From: Nemertoderma westbladi
Taxonomy: Eukaryota > Animalia > Xenacoelomorpha
Length of the DNA: 38,642 bases
NCBI GenBank assembly: GCA_032718475.1
Contig: JAUCBJ010009071.1
Coordinates: forward strand, 1-38,642
Direction: 5' to 3'
The translations under genes and the position numbers were made by a program. Each line of letters starts with the position of its first letter. The first letter of the stretch is position 1. The notes beneath the pieces were generated by a model. That model was not told where the DNA came from and did no database searches. It saw only the letters and a list, made by a program, of their open reading frames with translations. Shown here one piece after another: positions 23,801 to 37,547 of this stretch.

Positions 23801-26800
23801 CACCTCATTACCTATCGATCCACCATGGATCCATTAAACACTCACCTCCTTACCTATCGATCCACCATGGTTCCGTTAAACACTCACCTCCTTACCTATC
23901 GATCCACCATGGTTCCATTAAACACTCACCTCCTTACCTATCGATCCACCATGGTTCCGTTAAACACTCACCTCCTTACATATCGATCCACCATGGTTCC
24001 ATTAAACACTCACCTCCTTACCTATCGATCCACCATGGTTCCATTAAACACTCACCTCATTACCTATCGATCCACCATGGTTCATTAAACACTCACTTCA
24101 TTACCTATCGATCCACCATGGTTCCATTAAACACTCACCTCCTTACCTATCGATCCACCATGGTTCCATTAAACACTCACCTCATTAACCACTCAATCTA
24201 CCATTGTTCCATTAAACACTCACCTCATTAACAATCGATCCACCATGGTTCCATTAAACACTCACCTCCTTACCTATCGATCCACCATGGTTCCATTAAA
24301 CACTCACCTCCTTACCTATCGATCCACCATGGTTCCATTAAACACTCACCTCATTACCTATCGATCCACCATGGTTCCATTAAACACTCACCTCATTACC
24401 TATCGATCCACCATGGTTCCATTAAACACTCACCTCCTTACCTATCGATCCACCATGGTTCCATTAAACACTCACCTCCTTACCTATCGATCCACCATGG
24501 TTCCATTAAACACTCACCTCCTTACCTATCGATCCACCATGGTTCAATTAAACACTCACCTCCTTACCTATCGATCCACCATGGTTCCATTAAACACTCA
24601 CCTCATTAACCACTCAATCTACCATTGTTCCATTAAACACTCACCTCCTTACCTATCGATCCACCATGGTTCAATTAAACACTCACCTCCTTACCTATCG
24701 ATCCACCATGGTTCCNNNNNNNNNNNNNNNNNNNNNNNNNNNNNNNNNNNNNNNNNNNNNNNNNNNNNNNNNNNNNNNNNNNNNNNNNNNNNNNNNNNNN
24801 NNNNNNNNNNNNNNNCCGTTAAACACTCAACCCCTTACCTATCGATCCACCATGGTTCCATTAAACACTCACCTCCTTACCTATCGATCCACCATGGTTC
24901 CATTAAACACTCACCTCCTTACCTATCGATCCACCATGGTTCCGTTAAACACTCACCTCATTACCTATCGATCTACCATGGTTCCATTAAACACTAACCT
25001 CATTACCTATCGATCCACCATGGTTCCATTAAACACTCACCTCATTACCTATCGATCCACCATGGATCCATTAAACACTCACCTCCTTACCTATCGATCC
25101 ACCATGGTTCCGTTAAACACTCACCTCCTTACCTATCGATCCACCATGGTTCCATTAAACACTCACCTGCTTACCTATCGATCCACCATGGTTCCGTTAA
25201 ACACTCACCTCCTTACATATCGATCCACCATGGTTCCATTAAACACTCACCTCCTTACCTATCGATCCACCATGGTTCCATTAAACACTCACCTCATTAC
25301 CTATCGATCCACCATGGTTCATTAAACACTCACTTCATTACCTATCGATCCACCATGGTTCCATTAAACACTCACCTCCTTACCTATCGATCCACCATGG
25401 TTCCATTAAACACTCACCTCATTAACCACTCAATCTACCATTGTTCCATTAAACACTCACCTCATTACCTATCGATCCACCATGGTTCCATTAAACACTC
25501 ACCTCATTACCACTCGATCCACCATGGATCCGTTAAACACTCACCTCATTACCACTCAATCCACCATGGATCCGTTAAACACTCACCTCATTACCACTCG
25601 ATCCACCATGGTCCCATTAAACACTCACCTCATTACCACTCGATCCACCATGGATCCGTTAAACACTCACCTCATTACCACTCGATCCACCATGGATACG
25701 TTAAACACTCACCTCATTACCACTCGATCCACCATGGTTCCATTAAACACTCACCTCATTAACACTCGATCCACCATGGTTCCATTAAACACTCACCTCA
25801 TTACCACTCGATCCACCATGGTTCCATTAAACACTCACCTCATTACCACTCGATCCACCATGGATCCGTTAAACACTCACCTCATTACCACTCGATCCAC
25901 AATGGTTCATTAAACACTCACCTCATTACCTATCGATTCAGCATGGTTCCATTAAACACTCACCTCATTACCTATCGATCCACCATGGTTCCATTAAACA
26001 CTCACCTCCTTACTTATCTATCCACCATGGTTCCATTAAACACTCACCTCATCAAGCACTCGATCCACCATGGTTCCATTAAACACTCACCTCATTACCT
26101 ATCGATCCACCATGGTTCCATTAAACACTCACCTCATCACCACTCAATCTACCATTGTTCCATTAAACACTCACATCATTACCAATCCACCCACCATGGC
26201 TCCGTTAAACACTCACCTCATTACCACAGATCCACCATGGTTCCGGTTAACACTCACCTCATTACCTATCGATCCACCATGGTTCCGTTAAACACTCACC
26301 TCATTAACCACTCTATCTACCATTGTTCCATTAAACACTCACCTCATTACCAATCCACCCACCATGGTTCCGTTAAACACTCACCTCATTACCAATCCAG
26401 CCATCATGGTTTCATTAAACACTCACCTCATTACCACTCGATCCACCATGTATCCGTTAAACACTCACCTCATTACCACTCGATCCACCATGGATCCGTT
26501 AAACACTCACCTCATTACCACTCGATCCACCATGGTTCCATTAAACACTCACCTCATTACCACTCGATCCACCATGGATCCGTTAAACACTCACCTCATT
26601 ACCACTCGATCCACAATGGTTCCATTAAACACTCACCTCATTACCTATCGATCCACCATGGTTCCATTAAACACTCACCTCATCACCACTCAATCTACCA
26701 TTGTTCCATTAAACACTCACCTCATTACCAATCCACCCACCATGGCTCCGTTAAACACTCACCTCATTACCACAGATCCACCATGGTTCCGGTTAACACT

Positions 26801-29800
26801 CACCTCATTACCTATCGATCCACCATGGTTCCGTTAAACACTCACCTCATTAACCACTCTATCTACCATTGTTTCATTAAACACTCACCTCATTACCAAT
26901 CCACCCACCATGGTTCCGTTAAACACTCACCTCATTACCAATCTAGCCATCATGGTTTCATTAAACACTCACCTCATTACCACTCGATCCACCATGGATC
27001 CGTTAAACACACACCTCATTACCACTCGATCCACCATGGATCCGTTAAACACTCACCTCATTACCACTCGATCCACCATGGTTCCATTAAACACTCACCT
27101 CATTACCACTCGATCCACCATGGATCCGTTAAACACTCACCTCATTACCACTCGATCCACCATGGGTCCGTTAAACCTCACCTCATTACCACTCGATCCA
27201 CCATGGTTCTATTAAACACTCACCTCATTACCACTCGATCCACCATGGATCCGTTAAACACTCACCTCATTACCACTCGATCCACCATGGATCCGTTAAA
27301 CACTCACCACATTACCTATCGATCCACCATGGTTCCATTAAACACTTACCTAATTAATCACTCAATCTACCATTGTTCCATTAAACACTCACCTCCTTAC
27401 CTATCGATCCACCATGGTTCCATTAAACACTCACCTCCTTACGTATCGATCCACCATGGTTCCATTAAACACTCACCTCCTTACCTATCGATCCACCATG
27501 GTTCCATTAAACACTCACCTCCTTACCTATCGATCCACCATGGCTCCGTTAAACACTCACCTCATTACCACAGATCCACCATGGTTCCGGTTAACACTCA
27601 CCTCATTACCTATCGATCCACCATGGTTCCATTAAACACTCACCTCATTACCACTCGATCCACCATGGTTCCATTAAACACTCACCTCATTACTTATCGA
27701 TCCACCATGGTCCCATTAAACACTCACCTCCTTACCTATCGATCTACCATGGTTCCATTAAACACTCACCTCCTTGCCTATCGATCCACCATGGTTCCGT
27801 TAAACACTCAACCCCTTACCTATCGATCCACCATGGTTCCATTAAACACTCACCTCCTTACCTATCGATCCACCATGGTTCCATTAAACACTCACCTCCT
27901 TACCTATCGATCCACCATGGTTCCGTTAAACACTCACCTCATTACCTATCGATCTACCATGGTTCCATTAAACACTAACCTCATTACCTATCGATCCACC
28001 ATGGTTCCATTAAACACTCACCTCATTACCTATCGATCCACCATGGATCCATTAAACACTCACCTCCTTACCTATCGATCCACCATGGTTCCGTTAAACA
28101 CTCACCTCCTTACCTATCGATCCACCATGGTTCCATTAAACACTCACCTCCTTACCTATCGATCCACCATGGTTCCGTTAAACACTCACCTCCTTACATA
28201 TCGATCCACCATGGTTCCATTAAACACTCACCTCCTTACCTATCGATCCACCATGGTTCCATTAAACACTCACCTCATTACCTATCGATCCACCATGGTT
28301 CATTAAACACTCACTTCATTACCTATCGATCCACCATGGTTCCATTAAACACTCACCTCCTTACCTATCGATCCACCATGGTTCCATTAAACACTCACCT
28401 CATTAACCACTCAATCTACCATTGTTCCATTAAACACTCACCTCATTACCTATCGATCCACCATGGTTCCATTAAACACTCACCTCATTACCACTCGATC
28501 CACCATGGATCCGTTAAACACTCACCTCATTACCACTCAATCCACCATGGATCCGTTAAACACTCACCTCATTACCACTCGATCCACCATGGTCCCATTA
28601 AACACTCACCTCATTACCACTGGATCCACCATGGATCCGTTAAACACTCACCTCATTACCACTCGATCCACCATGGATACGTTAAACACTCACCTCAGTA
28701 CCACTCGATCCACCATGGTTCCATTAAACACTCACCTCATTAACACTCGATCCACCATGGTTCCATTAAACACTCACCTCATTACCACTCGATCCACCAT
28801 GGTTCCATTAAACACTCACCTCATTACCACTCGATCCACCATGGATCCGTTAAACACTCACCTCATTACCACTCGATCCACAATGGTTCATTAAACACTC
28901 ACCTCATTACCTATCGATCCAGCATGGTTCCATTAAACACTCACCTCATTACCTATCGATCCACCATGGTTCCATTAAACACTCACCTCCTTACTTATCT
29001 ATCCACCATGGTTCCATTAAACACTCACCTCATCAAGCACTCGATCCACCATGGTTCCATTAAACACTCACCTCATTACCTATCGATCCACCATGGTTCC
29101 ATTAAACACTCACCTCATCACCACTCAATCTACCATTGTTCCATTAAACACTCACATCATTACCAATCCACCCACCATGGCTCCGTTAAACACTCACCTC
29201 ATTACCACAGATCCACCATGGTTCCGGTTAACACTCACCTAATTACCTATCGATCCACCATGGTTCCGTTAAACACTCACCTCATTAACCACTCTATCTA
29301 CCATTGTTCCATTAAACACTCACCTCATTACCAATCCACCCACCATGGTTCCGTTAAACACTCACCTCATTACCAATCCAGCCATCATGGTTTCATTAAA
29401 CACTCACCTCATTACCACTCGATCCACCATGTATCCGTTAAACACTCACCTCATTACCACTCGATCCACCATGGATCCGTTAAACACTCACCTCATTACC
29501 ACTCGATCCACCATGGTTCCATTAAACACTCACCTCATTACCACTCGATCCACCATAGATCCGTTAAACACTCACCTCATTACCACTCGATCCACAATGG
29601 TTCCATTAAACACTCACCTCATTACCTATCGATCCACCATGGTTCCATTAAACACTCACCTCATCACCACTCAATCTACCATTGTTCCATTAAACACTCA
29701 CCTCATTACCAATCCACCCACCATGGCTCCGTTAAACACTCACCTCATTACCACAGATCCACCATGGTTCCGGTTAACACTCACCTCATTACCTATCGAT

Positions 29801-32800
29801 CCACCATGGTTCCATTAAACACTCACCTCATTACCAATCCACCCACCATGGCTCCGTTAAACACTCACCTCATTACCACAGATCCACCATGGTTCCGGTT
29901 AACACTCACCTCCTTACCTATCGATCCACCATGGTTCCGTTAAACACTCACCTCATTACCAATCTAGCCATCATGGTTTCATTAAACACTCACCTCATTA
30001 CCACTCGATCCACCATGGATCCGTTAAACACTCACCTCATTACCACTCGATCCACCATGGATCCGTTAAACACTCACCTCATTACCACTCGATCCACCAT
30101 GGTTCCATTAAACACTCACCTCATTACCACTCGATCCACCATGGATCCGTTAAACACTCACCTCATTACCACTCGATCCACCATGGGTCCGTTAAACCTC
30201 ACCTCATTACCACTCGATCCACCATGGTTCTATTAAACACTCACCTCATTACCACTCGATCCACCATGGATCCGTTAAACACTCACCTAATTACCACTCG
30301 ATCCACCATGGATCCGTTAAACACTCACCACATTACCTATCGATCCACCATGGTTCCATTAAACACTTACCTAATTAATCACTCAATCTACCATTGTTCC
30401 ATTAAACACTCACCTCCTTACCTATCGATCCACCATGGTTCCATTAAACACTCACCTCCTTACCTATCGATCCACCATGGTTCCATTAAACACTCACCTC
30501 CTTACCTATCGATCCACCATGGTTCCATTAAACACTCACCTCCTTACCTATCGATCCACCATGGCTCCGTTAAACACTCACCTCATTACCACAGATCCAC
30601 CATGGTTCCGGTTAACACTCACCTCATTACCTATCGATCCACCATGGTTCCATTAAACACTCACCTCATTACCACTCGATCCACCATGGTTCCATTAAAC
30701 ACTCACCTCATTACTTATCGATCCACCATGGTCCCATTAAACACTCACCTCCTTACCTATCGATCTACCATGGTTCCATTAAACACTCACCTCCTTGCCT
30801 ATCGATCCACCATGGTTCCGTTAAACACTCAACCCCTTACCTATCGATCCACCATGGTTCCATTAAACACTCACCTCCTTACCTATCGATCCACCATGGT
30901 TCCATTAAACACTCACCTCCTTACCTATCGATCCACCATGGTTCCGTTAAACACTCACCTCATTACCTATCGATCTACCATGGTTCCATTAAACACTAAC
31001 CTCATTACCTATCGATCCACCATGGTTCCATTAAACACTCACCTCATTACCTATCGATCCACCATGGATCCATTAAACACTCACCTCCTTACCTATCGAT
31101 CCACCATGGTTCCGTTAAACACTCACCTCCTTACCTATCGATCCACCATGGTTCCATTAAACACTCACCTCCTTACCTATCGATCCACCATGGTTCCGTT
31201 AAACACTCACCTCCTTACATATCGATCCACCATGGTTCCATTAAACACTCACCTCCTTACCTATCGATCCACCATGGTTCCATTAAACACTCACCTCATT
31301 ACCTATCGATCCACCATGGTTCATTAAACACTCACTTCATTACCTATCGATCCACCATGGTTCCATTAAACACTCACCTCCTTACCTATCGATCCACCAT
31401 GGTTCCATTAAACACTCACCTCATTAACCACTCAATCTACCATTGTTCCATTAATCACTCACCTCATTACCTATCGATCCACCATGGTTCCATTAAACAC
31501 TCACCTCATTACCACTCGATCCACCATGGATCCGTTAAACACTCACCTCATTACCACTCAATCCACCATGGATCCGTTAAACACTCACCTCATTACCACT
31601 CGATCCACCATGGTCCCATTAAACACTCACCTCATTACCACTCGATCCACCATGGATCCGTTAAACACTCACCTCATTACCACTCGATCCACCATGGATA
31701 CGTTAAACACTCACCTCATTACCACTCGATCCACCATGGTTCCATTAAACACTCACCTCATTAACACTCGATCCACCATGGTTCCATTAAACACTCACCT
31801 CATTACCACTCGATCCACCATGGTTCCATTAAACACTCACCTCATTACCACTCGATCCACCATGGATCCGTTAAACACTCACTTCATTACCACTCGATCC
31901 ACAATGGTTCATTAAACACTCACCTCATTACCTATCGATCCAGCATGGTTCCATTAAACACTCACCTCATTACCTATCGATCCACCATGGTTCCATTAAA
32001 CACTCACCTCCTTACTTATCTATCCACCATGGTTCCATTAAACACTCACCTCATCAAGCACTCGATCCACCATGGTTCCATTAAACACTCACCTCATTAC
32101 CTATCGATCCACCATGGTTCCATTAAACACTCACCTCATCACCACTCAATCTACCATTGTTCCATTAAACAATCACATCATTACCAATCCACCCACCATG
32201 GCTCCGTTAAACACTCACCTCATTACCACAGATCCACCATGGTTCCGGTTAACACTCACCTCATTACCTATCGATCCACCATGGTTCCGTTAAACACTCA
32301 CCTCATTAACCACTCTATCTACCATTGTTCCATTAAACACTCACCTCATTACCAATCCACCCACCATGGTTCCGTTAAACACTCACCTCATTACCAATCC
32401 AGCCATCATGGTTTCATTAAACACTCACCTCATTACCACTCGATCCACCATGGATCCGTTAAACACTGACCTCATTACCACTCGATCCACCATGGATCCG
32501 TTAAACACTCACCTCATTACCTATCGATCCACCATGGTTCCATTAAACACTCACCTCATTACCACTCGATCCACCATGGATCCGTTAAACACTCACCTCA
32601 TTACCACTCGATCCACAATGGTTCATTAAACACTCACCTCATTACCTATCGATCCACCATGGTTCCATTAAACACTCACCTCATTACCACTCGATCCACC
32701 ATGGTCCTAAACACTCACCTCATTACCACTCGGTCCGATCCACCATTGTTCCCTTAAACACTCTACCATGGTTCATTAAACACTCACCTCATTACACTCG

Positions 32801-35800
32801 ATCCACCATGGTTCATTAAACACTCACCTCATTACCACTCGATCCAACATGGTTCCATTAAACACTCACCTCATTACCTATCGATCCACCATGGTTCCAT
32901 TAAACACTCACCTCCTTACTTATCGATCCATCATGGTTCCATTAAACACTCACCTCATCAACCACTCGATCCACCATGGTTCCATTAAACACTCACCTCA
33001 TTACCTATCGCTCCACCATGGTTCCATTAAACACTCACCTCATTACCACTCAATCTACCATTGTTCCATTAAACACTCACCTCATTAGTCATTACCAATC
33101 CACCCACCATGGCTCCGTTAAACACTCACCTCATTACCACAGATCCACCATGGTTCCGGTTAACACTCACCTCATTACCTATCGATCCACCATGGTTCCG
33201 TTAAGAACTCACCTCATTACCACTCGGTCCGATCCACCATTGTTCCCTTAAACACTCTACCATGGTTCACTAAACACTCACCTCATTACACTCGATCCAC
33301 CATGGTTCATTAAACACTCACCTCATTACCTATCGATCCAGCATGGTTCCATTAAACACTCACCTCATTACCTATCGATCCACCATGGTTCCATTAAACA
33401 CTCACCTCCTTACTTATCGATCCACCATGGTTCCATTAAACACTCACCTCATCAACCACTCGATCCACCATGGTTCCATTAAACACTCACCTCATTACCT
33501 ATCGATCCACCATTGTTCCATTAAACACTCACCTCATTACCACTCGATCCACCATGGATCCGTTAAACACTCACCTCATTACCACTCGATCCACCATGGA
33601 TCCGTTAAACACTCACCTCATTACCACTCGATCCACCATGGTTCCATTAAACACTCACCTCATTACCACTCGATCCACCATGGATCCGTTAAACACTCAC
33701 CTCATTACCACTCGATCCACAATGGTTCATTAAACACTCACCTCATTACCTATCGATCCACCATGGTTCCATTAAACACTCACCTCATTACCTATCGATC
33801 CACCATGGTTCCATTAAACAGTCACCTCCTTACTTATCGATCCACCATGGTTCCATTAAACACTCACCTCATCAACCAACAACCACTCGATCCACCATGG
33901 TTCCATTAAACACTCACCTCATTACATATCGATCCACCATTGTTCCATTAAACACTCACCTCATTACAAATCCACCCACCATGGCTCCGTTAAACACTCA
34001 CCTCATTACCACAGATCCACCATGGTTCCGGTTAACACTCACCTCATTACCTATCGATCCACCATGGTTCCATTAAACACTCACCTCATTACCACTCGAT
34101 CCACCATGGTTCCATTAAACACTCACCTCATTACCTATCGATCCACCATGGTTCCATTAAACACTCCTCATTACCTATCGATCCACCATGGTTCCATTAA
34201 ACACTCACCTTATTACCTATCGATCCACCATGGTTCCGTTAAACACTCACCTCATTACCTATCGATCCACCATGGTTCCATTAAACACTCACCTCATTAC
34301 CACTCGATCCACCATGGTTCATTAAACACTCACCTCATTACCTATCGATCCACCATGGTTCCATTAAACACTCCCCTCATTAGCACTCGACGCACCATGG
34401 TTCTTTAAACACTCACCTCATTACCACTCGATCCACCATGCTTCATTAAACACTCACCTCATTACCTATCGATCCACCATGGTTCCAGTAAACACTCACC
34501 TCATTACCACTCGATCCACCATGGTTCATTAACCACTCACCTCATTACCTATCGATCCACCATGGTTCATTAAACACTCACCTCATTACCTATCGATCCA
34601 CCATTGTTCCATTAAACACTCACCTCATTACCACTCGATCCACCATGGTTCCGTTAAACACTCACCTCCTTACCTATCGATCCACCATGGTTCCATTAAA
34701 CACTCACCTCATTACCTATCGATCCACCATGGTTCATTAAACACTCACCTCATTACCTATCGATCCACCATGGTTCCGTTAAACACTCACCTCATTAGCA
34801 CTCGACGCACCATGGTTCTTTAAACACTCACCTCATTACCACTCGATCCACCATGGTTCATTAAACACTCACCTAATTACCTATCGATCCACCATGGTTC
34901 TTTAAACACTCACCCCACTACCTATCGATCCAACATGGTTCCATTAAACACTCACCTCATTACCTATCGATCTACCACGGTTCCATTAAATACTCACCTC
35001 ATTACCACTCGATCCACCATGGTTCATTAAACACTCACCTGATTACCACTCGATCCACCATGGTTCCATTAAACACTCACCTCATTAACACTCGATCAAC
35101 CATGGTTCATTAAACATTCACCGCATTACCACTCGATCCACTAAGGTTCATTAAACACTCACCTCATTAACACTCGATCAACCATGGTTCCGTTAAACAC
35201 TCACCTCATTACCACTCGATCCACCATGGTTCCGTTAAACTCTCACCTCAATAACACTCGATCCACCATGGTTCCAATAAACACTCACCTCATTACCACT
35301 CGATCCACCATGGTTCTTTAAACACTCACCCCACTACCTATCGATCCACCATGGTTCCAGTAAACACTCACCTTATTACCTATCAATCCACCATGGTTCC
35401 AATAAACACTCACCTCATTACCACTCGATCCACCATGGTTCTTTAAACACTCACCCCACTACCTATCGATCCAACATGGTTCCATTAAACACTCACCTCA
35501 TTACCTATTGATCTACCACGGTTCCATTAAACACTCACCTCATTACCACTCGATCCACCATGGTTCATTAAACACTCACCGCATTACCACTCGATCCACC
35601 ATGGTTCCATTAAACACTCACCTCATTAACACTCGATCAACCATGGTTCATTAAACATTAAACATTCACCGCATTACCACTCGATCCACTATGGTTCATT
35701 AAACACTCACCTCATTAACACTCGATCAACCATGGTTCCGTTAAACACTCACCTCATTACCACTCGATCCACTATGGTTCCGTTAAACACTCACCTCAAT

Positions 35801-37547
35801 AACACTCGATCCACCATGGTTCCAATAAACACTCACCTCATTACCACTCGATCCACCATGGTTCTTTAAACACTCACCCCACTACCTATCGATCCACCAT
35901 GATTCCATTAAACACTCACCTCCTTACCTATCGATCCACCATGGTTCCATTAAACACTCACCTCCTTACCTATCGATCCACCATGGTTCCATTAAACACT
36001 CACCTCCTTACCTATCGATCCACCATGGTTCCATTAAACACTCACCTCCTTACCTATCGATCCACCATGGTTCCGTTAAACACTCACCTCATTACCACTC
36101 GAACAACCATGGTTCCGTTAAACACTCACCTCATTAACACTCGATCCACCACCACCATGGTTCATTAAACACTCAACTCATTACCTTATCGATCCACCAT
36201 GGTTCATTAAACACTCACCACATTACCTATCGATCCACCATGGTTCCGTTAAACACTCACATCATTACCACTCGATCCACCATGGTTCCGTTAAACACTC
36301 ACCTCATTAACACTCGATCCACCATGGTTCATTAAACACTCAACTCACTACCTATCGATCCACCATGGCTCCATTAAACACTCACCTCATTACCTATCGA
36401 TCTACCATGGTTCCATTAAACACTCACCTCATTAACAATCGATCCACCATGGTTCCTTTAAACACTCACCTCATTAACACTCGATCAACCATGGTTCCGT
36501 TAAACACTCACCTCATTACCACTCGATCCACCATGGTTCCATTAAACACTCACCTTATTAACACTCGATCAACCATGGTTCCGTTAAACACTCACCTCAT
36601 TACCACTCGATCCACCATGGTTCCATTAAACACTCACCTTATTAACACTCGATCAACCATGGTTCCGTTAAACACTCACCTCATTAACACTCGATCCACC
36701 ATGGTTCCATTAAACACTCACCTCATTACCTATCAATCCACCATGGTTCCTTTAAACACACACCTCATTACCACTCGATCCACCATGGTTAATTAAACAC
36801 TCACCTCATTACCACTCGATCCACCATGGTTCCATTAAACACTCACCTCATTACCTATCAATCCACCATGGTTCCTTTAAACACTCACCTCATTACCACT
36901 CGATCCACCATGGTTAATTAAACACTCACCTCATTACCACTCCATCCACCATGGTTCCGTTAAACACTCACCTCATTACCACTCGATCCACCATGGTTCC
37001 ATTAAACACTCACCTCATTAACACTCGATCAACCATGGTTCCGCTAAACACTCACCTCATTACCACTCGATCCACCATGGTTCATTAAACACTCACCTCA
37101 TTACCACTCGATCCACCATGGTTCCATTAAACACTCACCTCATTACCACTCGATCCACCATGGTTCCGTTAAACACTCACCTCATTACCACTCGATCCAC
37201 CATGGTTCCATTAAACACTCACCTCATTAACACTCGATCAACCATGGTTCCGTTAAACACTCACCTCATTACCACTCGATCCACTATGGTTCCGTTAAAC
37301 ACTCACCTCATTACCACTCGATCCACCATGGTTCCGTTAAACACTCACCTCATTAACACTCGATCCACCATGGTTCCATTAAACACTCACCTCATTACCT
37401 ATCAATCCACCATTGTTCCATTAAACACTCACCTCATTAACACTCGATCAACCATGGTTCCGATAAACACTCACCTCATTGCTCATTAACCACTCAATCT
37501 ACCATGGATCCATTAAACACTCACCTCATTACCATTCGATCCGCCAT
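14867..37547. repeat. 42-bp minisatellite filling SNX8 intron 1, derived from the exon 1 donor junction
   Basis: Unit ATCCACCATGGTTCCATTAAACACTCACCTCCTTACCTATCG plus variants (…CTCATTACCACTCG, 41/43-bp indel forms), roughly 540 copies as assembled. The last unit overlaps exon 1 (37525-37547). Confidence 0.98.
24716..24815. other. Assembly gap (100 N) inside the 42-bp array
   Basis: Run of exactly 100 N, so the true array length is unknown. Confidence 0.99.

Noticed and set aside
14762-37489. MVPLNTHLLTYRST / His-rich repeat ORFs, each with a Kozak-like CCACCATGG
   Set aside because: Antisense translations of the intronic 42-bp unit. Frequent 41/43-bp units shift frame freely, and the Kozak match is a by-product of the unit junction.
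474-37547. CRISPR-like arrays (36-bp repeat length)
   Set aside because: Units are head-to-tail with no unique spacers, there are no cas genes, and the context is a eukaryotic spliced gene.
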